From contig DBWM01000068.1 in the NCBI GenBank assembly GCA_002309015.1, positions 17,108 through 81,107 of the forward strand: a stretch of DNA of 64,000 nucleotides, read 5' to 3'. The DNA is from Myxococcales bacterium UBA1238. GTDB taxonomy: Bacteria; Myxococcota_A; Bradymonadia; UBA7976; UBA1532. The translations under genes were made by a program, and so were the position numbers. The notes under the pieces are model-generated. The model was not told the DNA's origin and did no database searches. It saw only the letters and a program-made list of their open reading frames with translations. Below are positions 34,866-44,222 of this stretch, in pieces; within the stretch, counting starts at the first letter, position 1, and each line of letters begins with the position of its first letter.

Positions 34866-36946
34866 TAAACACGCTCGTTTTTTTTCATCGATGGCTTCAG
34901 ACGGCCGGCCAGGACGCCCGATTCCATCAGCAGCAAAAAGAAGAGCCCGATCAAGGCTGCATGCCAGAGCTCTACGGGAGAATCGCCCAAAAACGCCGCG
35001 CTCCCGTTTTGTGCCTGATCGCTGGATTTCGCTGATTTTCCGCGCAGATCGCCCGCATAACCGTCTACGGCTACGGCAAACCCCGGAAGCGAAACCGCCT
35101 CCAGAATCGGCTCCGGCTCCACCTTGTATGCGCCCAGCTCATCCGTCACCTCAAACCGCCAGGGCGCCTCCACGACCGACAAACGCCCCGATGGACTCGT
35201 CACGCGCACGCGCTCCACCTGCGGCAATGCGACCGCCAAATCGACCGGCTGACCCACCGAAACCGTAGGCTGCGAAATCGCCGAAACCCGCGTCAAAACC
35301 CGCATCATTTGCTGCAAAAGCGGCAGAAAATCGGGACGAATGGGCAAATCTCCCCAATCCCGATCGATCGAAGTGGTCAAAAGCGCCACCTGACCCTCAC
35401 CCAGCGGCCGCGTCAGCAAAAGCGGCGCGCCATCTTCCAGCTGCATCACCACGTCGCCTTCGGTCTCAGCATTGGGATCGAGCAGCAGATAGCGCTTCAC
35501 CTTCGCCTCAGAAAGGCTGCTCTGAGACGGATTGGCAAAGGGCGCCAACATCGGATGTCCCAACAGAAAACGCCCGATATGTGCCACCTTGCGATCGCCG
35601 CCCGTCAGGCTCGCCGCCGCATCCCCCGCACGCCGCACATCGCGCACCATGCGCGGTAGAAACGCCCCCAGCTGCGCATTCCAGAGTTTCGGCGTCGCGC
35701 GCGATCCGGCCGTGATCAGAAGCCCTCCGCCTTTACGCAAAAAAGACTCCAGATTCTGGGCAGTTGCGCGATTTAAGCCCGCAACATTGGCCAGAATGAC
35801 CACATCAAAATCGTTCAGGTTCGCTTCTGCAAACGCCAGCTCATCCATGCGCTCCAGCGAAAGCTGAATGCCCTGCAGCGCATCCCGCGACAACGCCTGC
35901 TCCACATAAAACAGCTCGTCCCGGTGCGGCGTGGGGCTCGGCTCACCGTCAACCGCCAAAACGCGCAAAGTGGGCTCCGCCTGCACCAAAAACATCCGCC
36001 GATCGTCCAGCGGGAGCGCATCCTCACCCAAAACCAAAGCCGCCGAGGCCGCCTGATGCTGATCGAACCGCGCATAAAACGTCTTGGTCGCCATCTCGCC
36101 GGGTTTCAACGACAAAAAGCCGCGCGCCAAAACCTCACCCTCGCATTCCAGATGGATCGGCCAGTTTTCGATGGGCGTATCCGCAAAGCGCGCAACCCGC
36201 CCTTCAATGCGCCAAAAGCCCTCACCCACATCGCTTGCAGGAGTCAGCGACACATCCACAATCGCTGTATTTTCAAGAGGTTGGCCGTCCGAAACATCGA
36301 CGGGGATGCATTCGATCGAGGCGTCCGGAGGCGGAGGCAACTGCGCAAGATGGGCGGGATAAGAGAACACCACCACGCGTTTGGAACCGCTCGTTCCCGA
36401 AGAGAGCAAGCTGTAGGCGCGCGCCACGGCCATGGGCAAATCATCTGTTCGATAACCCGTTTTTGCTTGCCGCAAAGCCAGTTGCGCTTCTTCGAAATGC
36501 TCCGTCAGCCCCATATCGGGCCCGTCTGTGCCCGCCAGAATCAGAGCTCCAAGCCCCTTATGGCGCGCCATCGCATCCTCAACCAGGCGTTGCCCCTTCT
36601 CAAAAAGCGACTCACCCTCCAGGCGATAGGCCATGGGATATGAAGCGTCGAGCACCCAGACTGTATTCGATAAAACATCTTGAGTTTCAACGAGTTGCGC
36701 TTCTTTTTCGCGAATGATCGGCCGGGCCAGGGCCAGCGCCAGAAGCGCCAGAAACGCGCAGCGCAACAACAGGAGCAGCAGCTGCTTTGCGCGAAATCGG
36801 TGGGCCGTCTTGCGCTGCGATCTGCGAATCAACTCGATGGCCGGAAACCGCACATGCTTCGGCTTTCGGCGCTGAATCAGATGTAAAATCGGTGGGATAG
36901 CGACCGCAAGCAGGCCCAGAAGCAGCATGGGCGACAAAAAATTCAT
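34865..36946 (-). CDS. BatA-type protein with an N-terminal double-TM aerotolerance-regulator domain plus VWA-like and GATase1-like regions
   Basis: MNFLSPMLLLGLLAVAIPPILHLIQRRKP is the BatA_N/TIGR02226 signature. VWVLDASYPM is a VWA-like strand with a degenerate MIDAS. DFDVVILANVAGLN...GGGLLITAGS is GATase1/ThuA-like. Confidence 0.7.
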   Translation of the reverse strand: MNFLSPMLLLGLLAVAIPPILHLIQRRKPKHVRFPAIELIRRSQRKTAHRFRAKQLLLLLLRCAFLALLALALARPIIREKEAQLVETQDVLSNTVWVLDASYPMAYRLEGESLFEKGQRLVEDAMARHKGLGALILAGTDGPDMGLTEHFEEAQLALRQAKTGYRTDDLPMAVARAYSLLSSGTSGSKRVVVFSYPAHLAQLPPPPDASIECIPVDVSDGQPLENTAIVDVSLTPASDVGEGFWRIEGRVARFADTPIENWPIHLECEGEVLARGFLSLKPGEMATKTFYARFDQHQAASAALVLGEDALPLDDRRMFLVQAEPTLRVLAVDGEPSPTPHRDELFYVEQALSRDALQGIQLSLERMDELAFAEANLNDFDVVILANVAGLNRATAQNLESFLRKGGGLLITAGSRATPKLWNAQLGAFLPRMVRDVRRAGDAAASLTGGDRKVAHIGRFLLGHPMLAPFANPSQSSLSEAKVKRYLLLDPNAETEGDVVMQLEDGAPLLLTRPLGEGQVALLTTSIDRDWGDLPIRPDFLPLLQQMMRVLTRVSAISQPTVSVGQPVDLAVALPQVERVRVTSPSGRLSVVEAPWRFEVTDELGAYKVEPEPILEAVSLPGFAVAVDGYAGDLRGKSAKSSDQAQNGSAAFLGDSPVELWHAALIGLFFLLLMESGVLAGRLKPSMKKNERV

Positions 36947-37824
36947 CGCCGTCCTCCAAAAAGCGCGAGCAGACTTTGTTCGATTGGCCAGTCGGTTTGC
37001 ACTTGCGCAAAATCGACGCCCCCATCCTCAAGCTCCAGGCGGAGATCGTCACAAAATCGTTTCATTTCAAGCAGATACTGTTGTTTCATCCCACGCGGAT
37101 CCGCTTCGATTTCGCCCTCATTTTCCATCGATTCAAACAGGCAAAGCTCCTGAAACGGAAACGTCAGCTCATCGGGATCGAGCACCTGGATCACCACCAT
37201 CCGCTGCCTCTGCTTGCGCAAAATGCGCGCCATCGACGTAAATTGTCCTTTAAAATCAAGGCAATCCGAGAGCAGCACGATGAGTCCCCGCCCCGAGAAG
37301 CGCTCTGCAATCTGCGACAAAGCTGCGGTCACAGAAGTGGATCCTTTGGGCTGAAGATTTTCTAAAACCTCAATAATATTCCATAGATGGGCTTTTTGAG
37401 CGCAGGGAGCCAAAAACGTCCGGGGGCGCTCATCAAAACATTGGATCCCCACCGCATCGCCCTGATCGAGCAGAAGCCAGCAGAGCGCCGCGCAAAGCTG
37501 CGCCGCATAACGCATTTTTGAAGGACGCCCCTCCCCGCTGTAGCCCATGGAGCCCGATTGATCGAGGCAAAGCCATGCGCGCAGGTTGGTTTCATCCTCA
37601 AATTCCTTCACGCAATAGCGATCGTTGCGCGCATAGGCTTTCCAGTCGATGCGCCGAATCTCGTCGCCGGGCGCATATTCGCGATGCTGCGCAAATTCAA
37701 TGCTCTCGCCCCGATGGCGGTTGCGGTGAATCCCCGCCAGAGAACCGTCCACAAAGCAAGAGGTTTTAATATCTAATCGCGCGATTTTATTGATGATTTC
37801 AGAAGAAAGAAGTTCCGTTTTCAC
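36943..37824 (-). CDS. DUF58-domain protein (MoxR-associated, VWA-like)
   Basis: HRNRHRGESIEFAQHREYAPGDEIRRIDWKAYARNDRYCVKEFEDE is the DUF58 signature. It has 4-nt overlaps on both sides. Confidence 0.85.
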   Translation of the reverse strand: MKTELLSSEIINKIARLDIKTSCFVDGSLAGIHRNRHRGESIEFAQHREYAPGDEIRRIDWKAYARNDRYCVKEFEDETNLRAWLCLDQSGSMGYSGEGRPSKMRYAAQLCAALCWLLLDQGDAVGIQCFDERPRTFLAPCAQKAHLWNIIEVLENLQPKGSTSVTAALSQIAERFSGRGLIVLLSDCLDFKGQFTSMARILRKQRQRMVVIQVLDPDELTFPFQELCLFESMENEGEIEADPRGMKQQYLLEMKRFCDDLRLELEDGGVDFAQVQTDWPIEQSLLALFGGRR

Positions 37825-38825
37825 GCCAGCGGCACCGATTCGAGAAGAAGCGAAACCAGCTTGCGGCTGTCCAGATGCTCCGCTTCAGCATGAAAATTCG
37901 TTAGAATTCGGTGACTTAACACCGATTCCGCCAACGCGCGCACATCCTCGCGGCTCACGGTCAGGCGACCATCCAAAAGCGCGCGCGCCTTACCCGCCAG
38001 AATCAGGCATTGACTCGCACGGGGGCCCGCACCGAAGCGCACAAAATTCTTAATAAAATCGGGAGCATCCACTTCAGTTGGCCGCGTTTTTCGCACCAGC
38101 TGCACCGCATAGGACAGCACGTGATCGGCCACAGGAATGCGGCGCACAAGTTCCTGGAACGACAGGATCGCCTGCGCATCGAGCACCGGTTCGATCGCCG
38201 CCAGCTCCTCGGAAGTCGTCCGCTTCACCAGTTCGAGCTCTTCGCTCAAAAGCGGATAATCCACATAAATCGTGCACATAAAGCGATCGAGCTGCGCTTC
38301 GGGAAGCGGATAGGTGCCCTCCTGCTCGATGGGGTTTTGCGTCGCAAACACCAAAAAGGGCGCATCGAGCGGATAATGCTGGCCCGCCGCCGTCACGCGA
38401 CCTTCCTGCATCGCCTGCAGCAAAGCGGCCTGAGTTTTTGGAGGCGTACGGTTGATTTCATCGGCCAGAAGCAGATTTGCAAAGATGGGCCCGGGCATAA
38501 AACGGAAATGCCGCTCGCCCGTCGCGCGATCTTCCTCGAGGATATCGGTCCCCGTAATGTCGCTGGGCATCAAATCGGGGGTGAACTGGATGCGGCTGAA
38601 CTTCAAATCCAGCGCCTCGGCCACGGTCTGAACCAGCAGCGTCTTGGCCAGCCCCGGCACACCGATGAGCAGGCAATGCCCGCGTGCAAACAAGGCCGTC
38701 AGCATCAAATCCACGATGTCGCGCTGACCCACCACCCTGCGCGCGATCTGATCCACGATGCGATCGCGCGCCTCTCTTGCAGCCTGCGTTTTTTCAGAAT
38801 CCGTCAAATTTTTTAAATCGCTCAT
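37821..38825 (-). CDS. MoxR-family AAA+ ATPase
   Basis: CLLIGVPGLAKTLLVQTVAEAL...FSRIQFTPDLMPSDITGT...LLADEINRTPPKTQAALLQAMQE. Confidence 0.9.
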   Translation of the reverse strand: MSDLKNLTDSEKTQAAREARDRIVDQIARRVVGQRDIVDLMLTALFARGHCLLIGVPGLAKTLLVQTVAEALDLKFSRIQFTPDLMPSDITGTDILEEDRATGERHFRFMPGPIFANLLLADEINRTPPKTQAALLQAMQEGRVTAAGQHYPLDAPFLVFATQNPIEQEGTYPLPEAQLDRFMCTIYVDYPLLSEELELVKRTTSEELAAIEPVLDAQAILSFQELVRRIPVADHVLSYAVQLVRKTRPTEVDAPDFIKNFVRFGAGPRASQCLILAGKARALLDGRLTVSREDVRALAESVLSHRILTNFHAEAEHLDSRKLVSLLLESVPLA

Positions 38826-40408
38826 TTCAAAATCTCCAATGCCGCGCGCGCCAAAGACGCCTCTTTTTCGCGACCTTTTTGGGTATAAAGCGCCGCTAAA
38901 GCCTCGTGCGGCAAAGGATAAAAGGGATTGATCCCGACGGCCTCCTCAAAGGCTTCTATCGCGCGATCCAGATCGCCCATCTTTAAGTAAGCCTCGCCCA
39001 AATGCAGCCAGGTGGTCACCAGAGTGGGATAGTAAACGCGCACTAAACGCAATAATTCCGGCACCTTTTCGGGACGATTCAAAGAGAGCAAAGCGGCAGA
39101 CGCGCCATTTTGCACCGTGGGTAAACCTTCTCCCGCAACCGCCATCGCTTTTTCATATTCGCGAAGCGCCGCCAACGGCCGTTCCCTGGCCCGCAAAAGT
39201 TCACCTAACTTCGCAAAATCCTTTGCTTTTTTATCTTCAACGCTGTCGTAGTCGTCTTCCTCTTCGGTCTCGCCCGGGCGCTTAAATTTGAGCGAAATAT
39301 GCTTTAATCCCGGCCAGGTATGAAGCCCCTGCTTCAGGGCCCATTTGCCCCAGTCGGTCCAAAGCGATTGCAAATCCAGCCCGTAGACCGCCTTCAGCGC
39401 CAAATCCATGGGCAGCTTTTGATCCAGATTTTGCACCAACTGCTTCAGGCCGTCGTAACCCTTCTTCTGATAAAGCATTTTGAGCACAGAATGGACTTCA
39501 GCGTAAGCCAGCGAAGCCGCTTCCTGGCTGGGCAATTTGGCCATCGAAGGGTGCATCTGTTCAAAAGTAATCAGCTTTTTGGCCTCAAGGGATCGCGCAA
39601 GCAAATCTTCTTCAGGGGGATCCATGGGCGAATCGGGCTCGCGATGCCAGGCCGCCTCGTCAAACTTGGCGATGCCTTCGTGCAGCCAAATCGGCACGGT
39701 CTCGCCGCTCAGCTTTGTGATGTAGTAATGCACGAATTCGTGGGCCACCGTATCGCGCCAGCCATAACCGCGCACCAAACCGCCAGGCGAGGTCACCATG
39801 AGCTTGTTGTACTTACAAAGTGCAATGGTTCCGCTGGTTTCCAAATCTTTTTCGGTCAGCGGCGTGACCGCTGCGAGCACCTCGTGGCGCGGATAAATCT
39901 CAACTAAAACCGAGCCTTCGGAACGCCCCCCCCAATGAGCCGCGAGTGCGTCGTCCTGACGCTGCAAAACATCTAAAATCCAGGGCAGCAAGATGCGATC
40001 GCGCCCCTTATAGCGCACCACAAACCGCCCGTTTTCACTGCGAAATTCGTCGTATCCCACAAGCGCCTGGCGCGTGCTCTCCACTTCTGCACGAAACGTT
40101 TGCAAGCCTTCAGGCCATTCGCTCGTGAGCGTTTCCAGGCGATTCAGCTCACTCACAGCATCGGCGTATTTTCCTTCGTAATAAAGGAGTTGCGCGTTTA
40201 AAACCACAAACAGCGGCGCATCGCCATCGCGCTCCAGCCAAGGCTGAATCGCCCGCCGGGCCGCATCGGTCTGCCAATGATCGATCAGCGAACGGATCTC
40301 TTCCGCCGCTTTCTCCGGATCGCGCTGCGCCCAGGTCACCGAGCTCCAGCAAAAGCCCAAAAGGCCCCAGAGCACCGCAAGTTTTGCAATATAACCCATG
40401 AATTTCAT
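38822..40408 (-). CDS. Secreted TPR protein with an HExxH peptidase-MA-like domain
   Basis: Signal MKFMGYIAKLAVLWGLLGFCWSSVTWA. VAHEFVHYYITKLSGETVPIWLHEGIAKFDE matches the Peptidase_MA_2 pattern (HExxH ... EG). TPR units occur at both ends. Confidence 0.65.
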   Translation of the reverse strand: MKFMGYIAKLAVLWGLLGFCWSSVTWAQRDPEKAAEEIRSLIDHWQTDAARRAIQPWLERDGDAPLFVVLNAQLLYYEGKYADAVSELNRLETLTSEWPEGLQTFRAEVESTRQALVGYDEFRSENGRFVVRYKGRDRILLPWILDVLQRQDDALAAHWGGRSEGSVLVEIYPRHEVLAAVTPLTEKDLETSGTIALCKYNKLMVTSPGGLVRGYGWRDTVAHEFVHYYITKLSGETVPIWLHEGIAKFDEAAWHREPDSPMDPPEEDLLARSLEAKKLITFEQMHPSMAKLPSQEAASLAYAEVHSVLKMLYQKKGYDGLKQLVQNLDQKLPMDLALKAVYGLDLQSLWTDWGKWALKQGLHTWPGLKHISLKFKRPGETEEEDDYDSVEDKKAKDFAKLGELLRARERPLAALREYEKAMAVAGEGLPTVQNGASAALLSLNRPEKVPELLRLVRVYYPTLVTTWLHLGEAYLKMGDLDRAIEAFEEAVGINPFYPLPHEALAALYTQKGREKEASLARAALEILK

Positions 40409-43362
40409 TGAATAATCTTCTCGTAATAATGCTTAACCTGTTCGCGATAGCCATCCACGGGCTCCGCCTTCATCGCATCCAGCAACTCTTTTCTAAACGC
40501 CTCCGGACTCTGATGATCGTCTGCGGACGGAATCTGAACGCGTTCATGAGCCGGAGATCGGCTTTGCTGCGATCTCGAAGGGCGATCGGCGGGCTGCGGC
40601 TTGGTCGCCTGCTTTAAACTCTCCATCATCCCCTGCAAAGCCCGGCTGGCCTCGCGCTGAGCCGGTCGCGCCTGCCCCGCACGCCCCTGCTGAAGCCGCT
40701 TTTTGGCGCGCCCCATCGCTTCCTGCGCCTGTGACAAGGGTTCATCCGAAATCTGACCCATTTCTCCGAATTCTTTTTGTTTTTCGCCCAGTTGCTGCTG
40801 CAGGCGTTCCGCACGGTCCGCCACATCCTGCTGCTGCTGCGACAATTCCTGCATCCCTTGTTCCTGCTGCTTCATTTTTTGATGCGCGCGCCTCAAAAGC
40901 TTCAGAAGCTCGTTGACGATCTCCTGATCGATGTCGCGCCCCCGGGTCGCGTGCCCTTTGGAAACCCGATCGCTGCTCTGCCAGTAATTCGAGAGATCCT
41001 GCAGCGCCTCCAGGGCGCTTTCGGCCGATTCGAGAGCCTGCGTGGGCTGCTTTTGCGACAAGAAATTCCAAAGATCATCCACATTCAACTGCGTCTTGTT
41101 CAGCGCAACCTGCAAAAAGCCAAAGGCGGAATCCGGATCGATCTGCTCCACCTCCAGACGAAGCGCCGTCGCGAGCTCGACCAGCTTATCAAACTGATCC
41201 TTAAGTTCCTGTTCTAAAAGCTCTTTCTGAGCTTCTTCCTCCTTCTTCGAGAGCGCCTCCGTCTTCTCTGAAACCTCGTCCTGCTGTCGCATCAAATCGC
41301 GCGTCTGATCCATCAGTTCGCTCAGCGCGCGCTGCAGCTCCGGATAAGTCTCGTCGTGCAGATCCTGCATGTCCTTTTGAAGGCTGTTGGAGAGTTCATC
41401 GAGCGCCTGTGACATTTTATCGAGGGCATCGAGCGCCTCTTCAAAGCGATCTTCTTCGAGCATTTTCTCGAGTGAATTCAACTCGTTACGACTCTTTTCG
41501 AGGCCTTTTTGCAGATCGTTTTTCTTCAGTCCGTCGAGGTTTAAAAACTCTTCGGGCATCTTTTGCTGCATCTCGGCCATGCGCTTGCGGATTTCCTCCA
41601 TGCGTTCCTGTAAGCGCTTGATATCTCTAAAGATTTTAGCCTTTAAGGCATCATTGGGATTCTGGCGGTAGGCTTCAATCAGGGCCTTCAGGTTGTCGCG
41701 GGCATCCTGCAGCTCGCGCGTTAAATCCGCCATATCCTCCAGCGCCATGCGCGCATTCATGGCTTCCAAAAACACAATCATTTCTTCGAGTTGCGCGACC
41801 ACGAGCCCATTTTGATGCAGCAGAGCCGCCTCTTTTACGCCCTGAGCCAGCAAGGATTTTTCGGCCATTCTCGCATCGTCAAAACTGTTTAAATGCGACA
41901 AAAGTGCGAGGCGGATTTCCTCTGCTGTCAGCGGATCTTCTTTAAGCTCAAGCAAAATCTGGCGCATGCTCTCCGAAAGGCCGTCGGTCTCGGTCACAAG
42001 CTTTGCGCGCAAACCGGTGGGCTCCACGGGATTCGGATTTTCGGCATCAAACCCTTCAACGCGATTTGCGAGCGCCGTCAGCGCATCTTCCTCCCATTGG
42101 CGCAAACGCTCGGTCAGCGCGTGATGCTTTTGCCGAGGCGAACGAATGGTCACAAATCTGGTGACCGACGTCCCTCGCTTGGGCCCATCCACGCTGTCGT
42201 TGTCAAACGCCTCCACAAAAATCGCCAGCCGATCGCCATGCTGCACATCCATCTGCGTCAGATCGATGCGATCGTCGCTTTCAATTTCTCGTTTTAATTC
42301 AACAAGTTGCGGAACATTCGTAGGATTTTCATCATCGCCCGCCAGCGACAGAACCGCCTGAATGCGGCTCAATCCAAAATCATCGGCCGCGCGATAAGCG
42401 ATTTGAATCTGAGCAGGATCGTCGAGTTCCAAATCGTTTGCGGGTTCAAGCAGCGTGACGGTTGGCGGTAAGTCCGGCTCCAGCACGATTTTTCGCAGAT
42501 TTCCCTCCTCAAGCTGAGCGCCGCGAAGCGTCTCCACCGCAAAGCCCCAGCTGCCGCCTTCTGTGAGCGTCCATTCTCCTGAAATCTTGCGTTCATCCTC
42601 AATTTTTAAAGGGATTTTCTGCTCCCCCATTTGGATTTGCGCCGCGCGGACCGGCTCCAGCGCGCGGGCCTGCAGCTCCAGCTTTGCACCCTTTGGCAGC
42701 TTTAAATCGCCCACCCAGTTCTCCCATAAACGCGGCTCGCGCTGCATATGCTCGGGAAACACGCACCGCACGCTCAAATCCGCCACCAACGGCCCCTGAT
42801 GCTTCGTCTGACTGATCGCAGCCTGTTCTTCCAACCACTTAAAATGAATCGAAAAAATCCCGTTTGGAATCAACAGGCATGCACCCCAGAGCGCGATCAT
42901 CGCCAGCCATGGGCGCCCATAAAATTGGGGTGGATGCAGCTCAACCTGGCAATCCCGCAGCTTTTCGGCGGTCTGTTCGGCGAGCGCAGTCACCAGCTCC
43001 GGCGGATGCTGATTCGAAAAATCCTTTGAAAATTGAACAGTTGCGATTAATCCATCAGCGAAACCAGACTTTTTTGCCTCGACCGCTTGAGCCACGGTCA
43101 AAAGATCTCTAAAACGCCAAGCCCATCGACCCAAAAGCGCGCAGCAAAGCGTCAGAACGGCGACGGTGCAGGCAACATAAAGCCATCGATTCCAAGCGAT
43201 TTCAGGCCATTGATGGGCCAGAACAGAAAATAACCACAGCAAAGCGAGCACAGACCATGCGCAAGCGGAAAACGTCTTGATGGCCGCCCAAAAAACTCCA
43301 CGTCGGCGAATCCGGCGCAACGCGCATAAGATTTGATCAAAAGAAAGCAATTGGGTCGACAT
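40405..43362 (-). CDS. Large membrane-anchored coiled-coil protein, DUF4175-like (985 aa)
   Basis: N-terminal TM helices are followed by a beta-rich region containing LEPDLPPTVTLLEP...IAYRAADDFGLSRI, which is DUF4175-like. About 450 aa of E/Q/K/L-rich coiled coil follow. It is the first gene of the MoxR string. Confidence 0.5.
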   Translation of the reverse strand: MSTQLLSFDQILCALRRIRRRGVFWAAIKTFSACAWSVLALLWLFSVLAHQWPEIAWNRWLYVACTVAVLTLCCALLGRWAWRFRDLLTVAQAVEAKKSGFADGLIATVQFSKDFSNQHPPELVTALAEQTAEKLRDCQVELHPPQFYGRPWLAMIALWGACLLIPNGIFSIHFKWLEEQAAISQTKHQGPLVADLSVRCVFPEHMQREPRLWENWVGDLKLPKGAKLELQARALEPVRAAQIQMGEQKIPLKIEDERKISGEWTLTEGGSWGFAVETLRGAQLEEGNLRKIVLEPDLPPTVTLLEPANDLELDDPAQIQIAYRAADDFGLSRIQAVLSLAGDDENPTNVPQLVELKREIESDDRIDLTQMDVQHGDRLAIFVEAFDNDSVDGPKRGTSVTRFVTIRSPRQKHHALTERLRQWEEDALTALANRVEGFDAENPNPVEPTGLRAKLVTETDGLSESMRQILLELKEDPLTAEEIRLALLSHLNSFDDARMAEKSLLAQGVKEAALLHQNGLVVAQLEEMIVFLEAMNARMALEDMADLTRELQDARDNLKALIEAYRQNPNDALKAKIFRDIKRLQERMEEIRKRMAEMQQKMPEEFLNLDGLKKNDLQKGLEKSRNELNSLEKMLEEDRFEEALDALDKMSQALDELSNSLQKDMQDLHDETYPELQRALSELMDQTRDLMRQQDEVSEKTEALSKKEEEAQKELLEQELKDQFDKLVELATALRLEVEQIDPDSAFGFLQVALNKTQLNVDDLWNFLSQKQPTQALESAESALEALQDLSNYWQSSDRVSKGHATRGRDIDQEIVNELLKLLRRAHQKMKQQEQGMQELSQQQQDVADRAERLQQQLGEKQKEFGEMGQISDEPLSQAQEAMGRAKKRLQQGRAGQARPAQREASRALQGMMESLKQATKPQPADRPSRSQQSRSPAHERVQIPSADDHQSPEAFRKELLDAMKAEPVDGYREQVKHYYEKIIQ

Positions 43363-43586
43363 AGGCTTAAAAGTTTCGTGTAAAAAAAACGGATTTCACT
43401 CACAATGAGCACCGGTCCACAGCGCATGACCTGCACGCAAACGGCGAACTCCCGCGCTTTTTATAAGCTTCATTTGCGCTGTCAACCGTCATCCCGCATC
43501 AATCGACGGAGCTCGGCCATAATTTTTTTGAAACCGTTTTCATTTTGAATGAAACGCCCTTTGAAACGTCAGCAGGAGTAACTGAT

Positions 43587-44222
43587 TTGGATTTGACGGA
43601 TCAGGAACTTGTCGCTCGCTGCCAAGCGGGAAAAAACGAAGCTTTTAAAGCTTTGGTTGAACGCTATCAGCAGCGCGCATATCGCATTGCTTACGGCATT
43701 CTTCATCAATCGGACGACGCAATGGACGCGGCACAGGAAGCTTTCATCAAGGTTTATCAAAATATTGATAACTTTAGAGGTGAGAGCAGTTTTTATACCT
43801 GGTTAGGCCGCATCGTCACAAACATCTGTATTGATACCATTCGTAAGCGAAAGCGCAGCCAAGCGGTGGCTTTTGATGAAAAAATCAGTCCACCTAGCGA
43901 TGTGGGAGATCAAAATCTCATCGGAAACATGCGCGAAACTCAACCAGGAGCTTCCATTGAACGCAAAGATTTGAATAAAGCGTTGAACGAAGCACTCAGT
44001 CTTCTGAGCGAAGCGCACCGCACCACCATTTTACTGCGCGACGTCGATGGCCTCAGCTACGAAGAGATCGCTGAAGTCATGCAATGCCATGTGGGTACTG
44101 TGATGAGTCGCCTGCATTACGCCCGAAAGAATCTTCAAATATCGCTGCGTCCTTATCTCAAGGCCACCGGAGCAGAATCGATGGCAGAGCACGCAGGTGA
44201 AGGAGTGAGGAGGTCATCATGA
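43587..44222 (+). CDS. ECF (sigma-24/RpoE-like) RNA polymerase sigma factor
   Basis: ORF track 43545..44222 has no in-frame ATG near the 5' end. TTG 43587 has AGGAG 8 nt upstream. DQELVARCQAGKNEAFKALVERYQQRAYRIAY... (region 2) and LSYEEIAEVMQCHVGTVMSRLHYARKNL (region 4). Confidence 0.8.
   Translation: MDLTDQELVARCQAGKNEAFKALVERYQQRAYRIAYGILHQSDDAMDAAQEAFIKVYQNIDNFRGESSFYTWLGRIVTNICIDTIRKRKRSQAVAFDEKISPPSDVGDQNLIGNMRETQPGASIERKDLNKALNEALSLLSEAHRTTILLRDVDGLSYEEIAEVMQCHVGTVMSRLHYARKNLQISLRPYLKATGAESMAEHAGEGVRRSS

Noticed and set aside
43363-43586. A possible autoregulatory ECF promoter (GAACTC at about 43446, or CAACC-N16-CGAC at about 43483) upstream of the sigma gene
   Set aside because: Neither candidate has convincing spacing or a convincing -10 element. 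The ECF group, and hence its motif, is unknown without classification.
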